From Schmidtea polychroa (Eukaryota): 64,000 bases of DNA. A program made the position numbers and the translations under genes. Positions 13,278 through 24,026 of the stretch are shown piece by piece (position 1 is the stretch's first letter; each line of letters opens with the position of its first letter). The notes under the pieces were generated by a model. That model was not told the origin of the DNA, made no database searches, and was given only the letters and a program-made list of their open reading frames with translations. The stretch covers positions 72,912,001-72,976,000 of the forward strand of contig CM097887.1 of NCBI GenBank assembly GCA_044892525.1, read 5' to 3'.

Positions 13278-13519
13278 CTTTCAAATTGATTATTAATATA
13301 ATCACATTGGCATAATCTAAATTCCAATGTCGAGTCAGATTTTGCATAAAATAACCAAATCCGCTCCTCATTATACAATGTTCCTATATTCTTTTCATTC
13401 GGAGCATCCTTACCAAGAGCAGTCAAATTAGTCAACAAACAAAATGTCAAATTATCCAATCCAGTTGAACTGAAATCGGAACGAAATGAGCATCGAATCA
13501 AAACATCACAAGGTTCCAT
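13278..13519 (-). CDS. First coding exon of the same gene; divergent CBM20-like (starch/glycogen-binding fold) domain
   Basis: MEPCDVLIRCSF...LTALGKDAP...ERIWLFY...LEFRLC...NNQFE, then donor AG|GTAAAT (phase 2), matching the phase of the exon starting at 10166. Joined CDS is 4962 nt, a multiple of 3. An in-frame TAA lies just upstream of the ATG. The domain call is by eye. Confidence 0.75.
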
Positions 13520-16016
13520 AATTTATTCTAAATGATTGGATAAAAATAAGAAAATTGAAAATTTTCGAAATTGAAAAGAGAAAAAACTTATTGGAAAAAA
13601 ATTCAAATGAATTTTTTTCTCACTAAAAAATTTCCAAATTTAGTTTTATTTGGAAAGTTACAGGCAAAAAATTATATAAAAATCTATATTACGAAAGTGT
13701 GTTGTTTATGGGATTTGTCTTTATGTTAAAAATAAAATAAACATTCTTTTAATAATTATTGATTTTTATTAGTTGTTTAAAAATTGTCAAATATTACAAA
13801 AGAAAAATTCCGAAGAAAAAATTACAAACTACAACTGAGAATTCACAGACAAATTATAGAAGTCAAATAATAAATATTTGAAAATGCCGACAAATAATGA
13901 TAATTTATTAGTGAAAAAATAATAATTACTAATCTAACCTTAATTGTAGAAATTAAATCGAGTTGATTTGTATTGATTAACATTTTCGTTTGGAAGCATT
14001 CTGTCAATTTCAGTAAAATCAAGAAATCTATAAATTCATTTCTTGTTTATTGTTGTGCATGCACATTAATTCTATAATAGACTCCTTGCAGAAATTTCAA
14101 ATGTTTATTTATTAATAACCGACGAGTTAAATTTAGACCAAAAGACACAACTCTACTTTAGTATGTAATGCATTTCTTTTTTCGAATCACAATAAATCAA
14201 CATTCCTGCTTGTTCACTCAACAATTCATTCAATTAACAAACCTTTGAAGGGTTTTCCAAAGAATAATTGTTAAATCAGATATTAATTTCTGCAATAACT
14301 ATGGAAGCGTTCGAAGCAGTAATAAGATTTTCATTCATTTTAAAAATCTATTCAATTACAATAATAACATTAAAACAACTCACTTGTATGTTACGTGTGG
14401 GTAAACTCTTTCCCTATTGAAAACCTTTATAGCTATTACTTTCAATATGTTTGCATCCTCTTCGCGACCGCCCATAATTATTTTATTAGACCACTAAACG
14501 CCTATCGCAAGCGACGTTGGTACTATAATTTAGTGAGTGACTATCAGCAAAAGGTGAGCTATCATTAGAACTGCTAATGACCTGACGAGCCTCTGGGTTC
14601 ATGGGCTAACGTATAAGGTGTCGTGCTCTACTTCTCTTGTCCCTCCGTCGCTGTATACTTTAAACTCCAGTGTTAATCATTCGCAAAATCGAGATTCAAA
14701 TAATTTGAAAATGTGAGATTCTGAATAGTGGTTTCCGCTGCATTATCTGCGATTTCACTAACACAATATATTGTAGCTGTTCATATTACACAGTAGTTTA
14801 TTTGACACAGTTATATTGAATTTATTATTAAATCTAAGTAGTCTTCGAGTTTCAATTTATTCTTGGACTACAAATTCCGATTGGCCTCAGACGAAAAATT
14901 GGCACATCATTTTGTTGGATTTTAAGTATGTTAGCTATCGAGTTTAATATGACTGCCTCTTAGTGAAGCAATCTTCCAAATTTAATTAATTGTTTATATT
15001 TACTCAAAGTAATGAAAATCAAGCAAAATGTAAATTTAAATGTTTTTAATTATAAAATTAAGGTTCTTAAATTTAAAAATTCCAAATAATTAAAACAAGG
15101 AATATCGAAAATTCAAAAGTAAGAAAATTTGAAAAACGGGTCAGATATGAAGGAGAGGATGGGAAAGATCATTTCGATAACGGATTCATAATATTCCCAG
15201 AAAGGTTCGAAATGCAAGAAAACATACAGAAACAGAAAATCGATAATTAATTAATTAAGAAAAATCCGATTTGAGTAAACAGAAAGAAAAGTAAAGAAAG
15301 TGGATTCGAAAAAACCATTAAAATGACCGCCAGAGTGATGGGTTACAGGTAATCCGCATTTTACCTTTTCGTGCTGTTTCCGGTGTGACCCAGAATAGAA
15401 GAATGAAAAGTGAGCGTACCTTTATACACTATAATCGGCAAATTCTCAAATGCGTCTGCGAACTGCTGTTAAAAGGCCCGTGTCCGACTTTCCTTTAGGT
15501 TTCTTATTTGTTAGTAATTTTTATTAGACTTTGTCTCTTCTTTCCCGGTATTTCTTACTGGACATAACTAAACATCCAACACATGAATATATTTATTTAT
15601 GACAGAAATCGATGATTAGACAAAATTTATTTAGTCTGATCTTCGGTCGTGCTCAACTTCTTATGAGATAGAAAGGGCACCGCTAGATCAGGAATCCTCT
15701 GGATCACATACCCCCCGCCCCCAAGGGAATTTTTATTAAAATTCTTTTGGCAGGTCAAATATGTAGGTCAAGGTCAAATATTTTAAGGTAATGGTAAAAT
15801 TTTTTAAAATTTGAAATTAGAGAGTTCCGGCCAAGGGATATTATTATTTGATAACTTGTTTTAAAAGTCTTTGAAAGGGTTTATTATTATTAACACACAG
15901 GGATTATTATTATTAATATATGTATATTTACTCCGAGTTTATCCGACAAGATATTCTGTCCCCCTATAAGTATTGCTTCCAAGGGTACTGCTCACATTCA
16001 ACACGTCGCAATAGTA

Positions 16017-16065
<49 letters not shown>
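16017..16065. repeat. (ATT)n microsatellite
   Basis: Continuous ATT trinucleotide run, overlapping the left arm of the hairpin at 16058. Confidence 0.95.
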
Positions 16066-16242
16066 TAAAACAATAAAATGATAATTTAAGCCTTTTGCTG
16101 CAAATAATGTATTTAATGAAAATTTTTTTCGACTATAAGATAGTCCTTATAGTATCTTAACTTATAGTCGAAAAATTTTTTCATTAAATACATTATTTGC
16201 AGCAAAAGGCTTAAATTATCATTTTACTGTTTTAAATAATAA
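16058..16242. repeat. Near-perfect inverted repeat (82-bp arms, 21-nt loop)
   Basis: 16058-16139 pairs with 16242-16161 with three mismatches when checked base by base. Confidence 0.95.
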
Positions 16243-16582
16243 ATGGTGCCGCCTCTACAGGGCCACGTGGATCATCTGCAGTTTTGACTAATAACCGTTT
16301 GTCCATTTTAATATCATAAGATAATGCCATCATTGAACAACCTAATGGTCGCCTCTCAGCCAATTGGGAATAGAGTTGATCAATATCCGCCATAGAAGAG
16401 CATATTATATCACAAGGCATTTTATGTCCAATTTCAGATTTGAATCGAGCTGCTTCCATTTGTGCACGACACACTTGAGATCGACAATCAGGGATCATAC
16501 CAATCATAACACCTCCAGTACTTTCAGTAATATTAAACAATCTCGTAGCTGAACTCTTCTCAATCATTTTACCGGGAACTTT
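16232..16582 (-). pseudogene. PSMA6: Proteasome alpha-1/PSMA6 internal fragment, 3' half of the chimera
   Basis: [48 protein letters not shown]...MADIDQLYSQLAERRPLGCSMM aligns by eye with PSMA6 '[46 protein letters not shown]...[21 protein letters not shown]'. Confidence 0.88.
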
Positions 16583-16815
16583 TCCTTTTGCATATCTATC
16601 GATTTCATTAAGCCAATTTTTAACATTGTTAAACGAATTTTGATCGGTAACACAAACGCAACAATAATTCCATGAGCTCCTCTGGAATAAGACGAGGTTA
16701 TAGTTCCAAATCTTTCTTGACCTGCTGCATCCAATATTTGCGATTTTATAGTATCACCATTTTCAGTATAATAGTCATCTGCAGATTTGACGAAATAATC
16801 CCAATCTGGATTCAT
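16583..16815 (-). pseudogene. RAB1: Rab1-derived pseudogene fragment (P-loop and switch I deleted, one frameshift), 5' half of a chimera
   Basis: [54 protein letters not shown], then after a 1-nt deletion near 16652 [21 protein letters not shown]. This matches Rab1 'MNPEYDYLFK...[48 protein letters not shown]'. Confidence 0.9.
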
Positions 16816-17028
16816 TTAATTATTTCCAACCTCCGGTTTCAAAAAAAAAAGCTTATATTCCAACGAATTTCAGAAATTTCCAAATTACAAGTTTAAACAA
16901 CTCTACCAAAATTAATCGAATTAATCAAGTAAAACAACCCAAAAATTCCACCAGAAACCAATTCATAATTTCTATAAAAAACAATCGATCGTCAAAAAAA
17001 CTACAATTAACAATAAAAAATCTACTTC

Positions 17029-17150
17029 TCGCGTCTGTGTGCGCACACCAACAAGAATCGGTCTAACCAGACCGCGCACACAGACGCGATAGAAAAAAGG
17101 CATGCAACGAACTGCCAGTCAGAGGTGAGTGGCATTTCCCCTCTGACTGG
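17029..17150. repeat. Two GC-rich hairpins (16-bp and 11-bp perfect stems)
   Basis: tcgcgtctgtgtgcgc (17029-17044) pairs with gcgcacacagacgcga (17074-17089). ccagtcagagg (17115-17125) pairs with cctctgactgg (17140-17150). Confidence 0.9.
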
Positions 17151-18494
17151 TCGAAACAATACTTCTAACTAAATTGCAAGATACCTGAAAATATTCGAAC
17201 AGGCATCTTTGGTATAAAACAGAGAAGGATGTATAGTTCAAATGAGCCGAACGATTAAAATGCAATCCGGCAAGATGAGAGCTACTTTGTTCAAACTAAC
17301 GGAGACACAAAAAGTCTAGAGAAAATATCTTCTACTTCATGGGCAAGCCAATATAGACCAAGTGGACCTGAGGAGTTACAAAAAAATGAAGGCACATGAA
17401 AACTCACGTAACCAAATTCCAAAATCAAGGCAATGTGTGGCAGAATATGATAAATTTAGTGATGTATTACGTTCCATCAACGACTGGTGTCAACGAAGCA
17501 CTACCAAGCCGAACTTACCATTTTTGAGTAATACGTAAATACAAGTTTGATCCAATTAAACTTATTCGAAAAAGTCAATGAATAGAATTCAGAATGATGG
17601 AATGAGTTAAAAAGGTGGCGAAGAGTGCAGAAGCGACATTGAAAATTAACTTAACCTATCATAACTGTAGTTAATTTTATTCATATTATTACATTTTTGT
17701 TCTTTCCTTGTTGATAGATTTGAATTATTTTGATTTAATCGCTACTTGGAATATTTAATGGAAACGGGATTCCTAATGTTAAACTTCATACATAAATCTT
17801 CTATAGGTAGTCTATGAATTTGAGAATCGTCAGAGTCGTATCAATACTGGAAACAGAACTAACTTTATACTAACAGTCAATCAATTTAGTCGCATTGACA
17901 ACACTGTTTCTCAAAGTATATAAATGATTTAGTTGCAATCAGAACTAATTTTGCCAAGTCAACCCCAATAACCTCACAAATGTTTGATTTTTCGAAGGAT
18001 TAAAACAAATTGGCAAATTCTCAGTTCGAGAGCCCAACATATTTATTTACAAATTTCATTTCTACAATTGCACAACTCGATTACTATGAACACACCAAAT
18101 TGATTCTAAAGACTGACTTTTGCATCAGTATTCTGAGTAAATATCCAATAATACGTAGTTTCTTTGTCCAAGTACTTAACTTAGAACAATTTTGAAAAAT
18201 TAAAGTATAAATTATAATAATTTTTATTTTTTAACATTGGATTTATATTTTTTGTATGTCTTCGTTATATAAATTACATAAGATTATAAAATATACAAAA
18301 ATAAGAAAACTTTTTCATCAGTAATTAGTAACAATGATAGTGAATTTGGTATTTAAAATTTAATAATTCATAAATTGTTTAATTGGTTTGTTATAATTTT
18401 AATTTTTTATACTTTTAAATTAACAAACATCAGACTTAAAATAAATTTGCTGAACTTGACCAAAAAAGTACGATATCGTGCTAAATTTATAAAT

Positions 18495-18591
18495 ATGTTA
18501 AATTCAAATTCAAATGGTGAATCAAGCTACCCGAAGTCTGCAACACCTGTTACACGAATCAGAAGATTTTCAGAAAAAGTTAATTCTATAC
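18495..18591 (+). CDS. PANK: Pantothenate kinase (type II) exon 1
   Basis: MLNSNSNGESSYPKSATPVTRIRRFSEKVNSI + C|GT donor (phase 1). The 60-nt intron has a TACTAAC branch point. The joined Pro codon gives 'PFPWFG'. The start codon is the least certain part. Confidence 0.75.
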
Positions 18592-18651
18592 GTAATTTTT
18601 TAATAAAATCCTTATAAGATTTACTAACAAAATATTGTTTTTTACGATCAG

Positions 18652-18839
18652 CATTTCCATGGTTTGGAATTGATATTGGTGGTACTCTTACTAAGTTAGT
18701 ATATTTCGAACCTCAATTAACTGAAGTTGAAGAACAAACTGTTAAAGAATCTGTAATGCACATTCACAAATTTCTTATTAATAACGTTGCTTATGGAAAT
18801 AAAGGTTTTCGAGATGTTCATTTAGAACTGAAAGATCAG
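18652..18839 (+). CDS. PANK: Pantothenate kinase exon 2 (DIGG phosphate-binding motif)
   Basis: [20 protein letters not shown]...[17 protein letters not shown], with canonical AG/GT boundaries. Confidence 0.95.
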
Positions 18840-18882
18840 GTATAAGCGCACAATACATCATTGGTTTGTTGATTGTTCATAG

Positions 18883-19041
18883 GTATTAGGTGGGCGAAAA
18901 GGTTCATTGCATTTTATTCGTTTTCCTACTTCAGAAATGGAAAACTTTATATTAATGGCCAAAGATAAAAATCTTAAAGACGCTGCTGATACTATTAGTG
19001 CCACCGGTGGAGGTGCTTTCAAATTTTCTAAAGATTTTGAG
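18883..19041 (+). CDS. PANK: Pantothenate kinase exon 3
   Basis: VLGGRKGSLHFIRFPT...ATGGGAFKFSKDFE; follows a 43-nt intron. Confidence 0.95.
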
Positions 19042-19399
19042 GTTCTTTGTTATTATATTATAAATGTATTTAAGTAATTATTTCGCTTTTGGTTTTATTA
19101 ATTTTTAAAAGAGAAAGAAGCTAAGATAAATAGTAAATGTCCACAATAATCGTTCAAATAATATACTAAGATTTTTCTTACTTTTGTCACGTTCTGTGAT
19201 TTTTAACTGATAACAATAAATCAATTGATAGGAGATTTTGATATTTATACCACTAAATTATCCTTAAATACGATATTTTGATTTATTATTTCTACATAAA
19301 TTTCTTGATCTATTCTTTGATCTATAACATGAGTCTCCAACCTTCCAAAACCTTTGGAACCATTCTAGTTTATAATATTTATCAAGGAACCCTAAATTT

Positions 19400-20160
19400 A
19401 GATAAAAATTAAGAGTGTTTTCAAACTTAGATTATCCACTCAAGTTCAACCAAAACATTCTTTTTCTTATCACAAAAAACCGTGGGGTAGACATTTTATT
19501 GCAAAGCATATTTATATCTGGAGTGATCGTTGAGATTTGCAATCGAATGTCACATTCTGTATCTAACCTGTTTGTATTTAGTCTGCGTACAGAGAGAAAG
19601 ATCTTTCTTAGATATATGTTGATACAAACTACATAAAGTATTTCACACGTGGTGTAGTAATCTTCAGAAATTCATTTTTATTTGAAGCCAAAAATGCATA
19701 ATGTCAACTTAAAGAAATGTCATTGTTAATAGAGTCAATGCTTTTCCTTCTTTTATTGGCAATTGAGAGGCATCACCATGTTTTAGATATATTATAGATA
19801 TTTGTTTCATAAATAAAATTGTTGAATATTGTCTCAGTAGTCTGTCCCGTAACCGCGGAACTTAGGTTGAAAAACTGTGATATGATTTAATGAAGATGAA
19901 CTAATAGAAACACAATAGAAATTTTAGTTAAATTGCAATTAATTGAAGACTAGATTCACACAATAAATTGTACAAACCCATGTGTTTTTGAATAGATTTC
20001 ACAAATATCATAACTAGGCTGAAAAGCTAATGCATTCAAAAGATTAATAAGTTCTTTGTTCCTTTCTTTCTCACTTAATTTAGTAAGATGTTGCTTCAAT
20101 CCACGAAAAGTTAGTTTAGAATCATTGCCAATAAATATTTTTAATGAATCTTCCATAAAT
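19400..20160 (-). mobile_element. Degenerate MULE transposase relic in PANK intron 3
   Basis: ORF 19956-20156 contains LINLLNALAFQPSYDICEIY, like the MULE 'L.ALAF.P..DV...F' motif. Boundaries are approximate. Confidence 0.4.
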
Positions 20161-20973
20161 TTCTTGTACGCTGATTTGAAGTTTTTTAAAACTAAAATAT
20201 GATTAAATTACCAATTTTTATTCTTGGATTTAAAATTCTACAAGCTCAAATCGACAGTAAAACAGCTTCCTTTTGTTAACATAAAGCAAATATAAATTCA
20301 AATCACAGTAATAAATTCAATTCGATTTTCTCAAAAAAAAGTTTACTACAAAACTACGCACACAATCCGAAAAAAATTAAAATACAAAAAAATGCTCACA
20401 CCAAACACCCGATTGGACGCATTCCATAAAATGAATGCTTCAATTTATTTTACAACGTTGCCAAAGATACATCAAATTATACTCATGAATTGATCCTTGT
20501 CTATTATTGTTGCCATTATAATTTCTTCAAAGTCTCAACTGTTTCAGGATCTTTTAAAAATATATATCTTTATTACAAAAATTACAAACAGCGCCTATAG
20601 ATGTTATTGAATTCACTTCCGTTCAACTTGGCCCCTATTAAAGTCTGAGTGGGTCACGGTTATGAACTATGGATAAATATAATCGGATTTTTTTATTTAT
20701 ACTTTATCTTTACAAATTATTTTAACGACGAATGACAACTAAAATTACTTCACTAAAACATCAATTAAATATACTACATTAACTTAAAATATATTTATTT
20801 AAAAAATGTTGGAAATTGATCTTTTTCTAGACTTATTTTTTAAAAATTGATTCAAGCAGATTAATGAAAAAATTTAATGAAATTTAATTTAATGAAAAAA
20901 TTTTAACTTAATCTAAATTTAATTTTGAAATATTAAATTATCACCAAATCCGTATATAAAATAATTTTTACAG

Positions 20974-21227
20974 AATACGCTTGACATGCAATTACAACGC
21001 CACGATGAATTATTTTGTTTAATGTGCGGTCTACATTATAGTATGAGAACAAACCCTTTGTCAGAATGCTATTATTATGCGAATCCTGACAATAATGCAA
21101 AATGTGTTAAAATGTCTTATAATCTTTCAAATAATCCTTATCCATTTTTGGTGGTAAATATTGGATCTGGTGTCTCAATTTTATGCGTCCGTGGACCCAA
21201 CCAATATTACCGTGTTAGTGGTACAAG
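20974..21227 (+). CDS. PANK: Pantothenate kinase exon 4
   Basis: NTLDMQLQRHDELFCL...PYPFLVVNIGSGVSILCVRGPNQYYRVSGT (catalytic 'DEL' and 'NIGSG'); phase 2 donor. Confidence 0.95.
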
Positions 21228-21596
21228 GTTATTTTATATTTTCATAGTATATTTTTATTAAAGTATATTATTTTTAAATAAATCATGTTATTAAATATTC
21301 ATAATTATAACCGAATTTATTTGAAATGAAAATTATAATAAAAACCCTTAAGTACAGATAATAACTTTGCACCACTTGTAAACTGGTGCAAAATCTATCT
21401 CATCATTAGAATAAATACTTAACGATTCAGATTTAATAATAAATTTAAATTTATTATTAAACTATTCATTAACTGAAGATCTAGTTAACTAACTAAAGTC
21501 TTTAACATTAATGAATTTGAGATATTTAATATTTATCTTTTTACATGTAAAAATATTTTTGCATCGTTCAATTCTTACTGTGATGCATTTTATATA

Positions 21597-22950
21597 CAGT
21601 CCCCCAAAAAAGTCGTGAACAATTAAATTTATTCATAATTTCTTCACAAACTTCATAACAACCAAAATAAAGTGAAAGGCATTTACAATTTGAAACATCA
21701 TAATTAACAAAATGTCTAGAGGGTTCCAATAATTAATTCAATATAGCGTTGGACCACCGTCTTGCTTGATACACTCTTGTAGCCGTTTCGTCATTGACAG
21801 CGCCAGATTTTCAAAGAAAATGTTAGGTAACTGATGAAACCAAGTATTGAGTATTGGTGCTTTCATGTCAATTAGGTTATCAAATTTGTATTTTCTAATT
21901 TGGTATTTCAGCAGGAACCACGCCTTTTCAATGGGGTTAAGGTCGGGTGACTGAGGGGGCTAATCCAGCACAGTCTATCGTTGTTTACGGATCCATTCTT
22001 TTATTATTTTGCTGCGGTGGCATGGTGCACAATCATCATGTAGAACCCAATCTTTAGTATCACCAAACGCCCCTCTAACGGAACTGCGTACTTCATTGTT
22101 CAGAAGCTTTAAATACCACTGGGATTTGCTCTTTTGTCATTGCACAAGAACCGAACTTTTCCAGGCCTAGAAGCAGTGAAGCTTCCTCATAACATAATAG
22201 AGGATGGATGTTTGAGTGTAGGGACTGTAAACTTTAATTTATCATCCTTTTTTCGCCACACACGTTGGCGTCTTAAATTATTTACCACAGATATTATTGT
22301 TTCATCAGTGAACAGCACTTTTTTTCCCAAAATTCCGAAGGCTCGTTGACATACTTCTTTGCAAACTTTGATCTCATTTGTCTGTGACTTTTTGTTAACA
22401 ATGGGTTCTTGATGAGGATCTACATCCCATTCTAGCCAAATAATTCCTGACAGTTTATATTCCTGTGATTATCAAGAAATACCTTAAAAAATTTCGCTGG
22501 TAACGGCCGGATTCCTTGCAATTTCTAATGCCAAGTGTCATTGAACTTTGCTTGAAAGTATCTTCTTCGACCACAATTTGAATATTTGTTAGACAAACCA
22601 TTCGTTGTTTTTCGCTGCTTTCCCACTTTATAAATTACTCCAACAGAAATGTTGAGGTTGCTCGCAATTTTTCGATAACTTTCTCTAGTTTTCAATTTAT
22701 TGATGATTAAAGATTGAATTCTTCTATCCAAGACAATGTTTCGTGCCATGTGTATTCTCAAAAACTATCGTAAAAATAAATGGAGTTTAAACAAAATAAT
22801 GATTTCATTGATGTGAAATTAATGGAAACAACATTAAATATATAATATTGGAATTATATTAACATTTTCTCTAAGAGTACACAAACAACAAATATTTAGA
22901 CTTTTACATACAGAAAACAATAGGTGTTCACGACTTTTTTTGGGTGACTG
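21597..22950 (-). mobile_element. Full-length (1354 bp) Tc1 transposon with a disrupted DD34E transposase
   Basis: TIRs cagtcccccaaaaaagtcgtgaaca / tgttcacgactttttttgggtgactg are flanked by TA on both sides. The minus strand carries an HTH ORF (22525-22761) and the motifs 'LHDDCAPCH' and 'PQSPDLNPIEKAW', with frameshifts. Confidence 0.92.
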
Positions 22951-24026
22951 TATAACATTTATATTTCTTATTTACTTTAACACTATCTGTTTATGTATTT
23001 ATGGAAAATATTATCTACGCCCATAATTTTTTATGCAAATAAATATCACAATTTTTCTGATAATAGTTTTTGCATTATTAAAGCAATTGCATAAGCAAAT
23101 TTTGGAATTCGTATTCATAAATTGATATTTACGTTTAAAAAAATATCGGAAAACATCGATATTTTGATTTGTTTTATTTTCAAGCTGTATGCATAGTTTT
23201 ATTTTTAATTTCATTGATTGTTGTGCAAGTTACGACTCTTTAAAAATAATTCTTTGTTTCTTTTTCTGTGTACTTTATACATGTTTTAAAAAAATGAAAT
23301 CGACGAGAATCATGTCTTTTGCATCCCGAAACTTGGTTAATGCTGATAATCCCGTTTTCTTTGAATTGAAAGTTTCCATTTTTGCAACTTTTGTTAGATT
23401 CGATGTTTGAAGATTCAATGCTGTTTCATTCACCGGGATACTTTGCAAAATATTATCTCAGATACTCCTAAGTTTTTAAATTCTCTATTGATCTAATCGA
23501 CGATATTTTTTTCGGCTGTTAAAATTATGGTAGAAAACAGAACACAGTTTTCTAATAATACTTCTTTAAAGCATCGTTAACGTGTGGTTATTCTTTTATA
23601 TTGAATTATTTTTTCAAGCTTTACCGTTATTTTTTTACTGATTTTAAAAAGAATTTCAAATTTTACCTAATCTATTACACATTTTGTTATTCATTGAGTT
23701 TTATTGTAGCCACTGAAGCCATTTGTTCACCATAAATTGCATTTATTTCAAATTTTTCATTTTCAAATCCAAACTCCGATTTACATTGCTAACGCACACC
23801 TTCCAATGACATTTTCGTAGTACTTGTTAAAACCAATATTAATAAATAACGATAAATATTTTACAAATGTCATCTAATTTTGTTATTTGTGAGGCTTATT
23901 ATATTCCAGTACTGTCCAACTGGCGGTGAATCGAATCATATTCTGTGGCCAGTTAACAATTTAAAAATTTCTGTGCTGGAAAATTACAAAAAAACCTATG
24001 TTTTTAAACTTATGTCAGTTTTAAAT

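Noticed and set aside
13890-14490. Exon-like minus-strand segment (MGGREEDANILKVIAIK…|gtgagt) upstream of the CBM20-like gene
   Set aside because: The downstream part has several in-frame stops and no recognisable homology, and an in-frame TAA precedes ATG 13519. At most a 5' UTR exon or a relic.
14540-14625. Hammerhead-ribozyme-like 'ctgacgag' next to hairpin tcattag/ctaatga
   Set aside because: No GAAA after stem II (reads TAAC) and no stem III partner; the core cannot be completed.
17110-17160. Hairpin followed by GAAAC as a hammerhead ribozyme
   Set aside because: No CUGANGA 5' of the stem on either strand.
22990-23870. Coding-like minus-strand stretch between Tc1 and the MULE
   Set aside because: Many stops and no motif I can assign; left unannotated.
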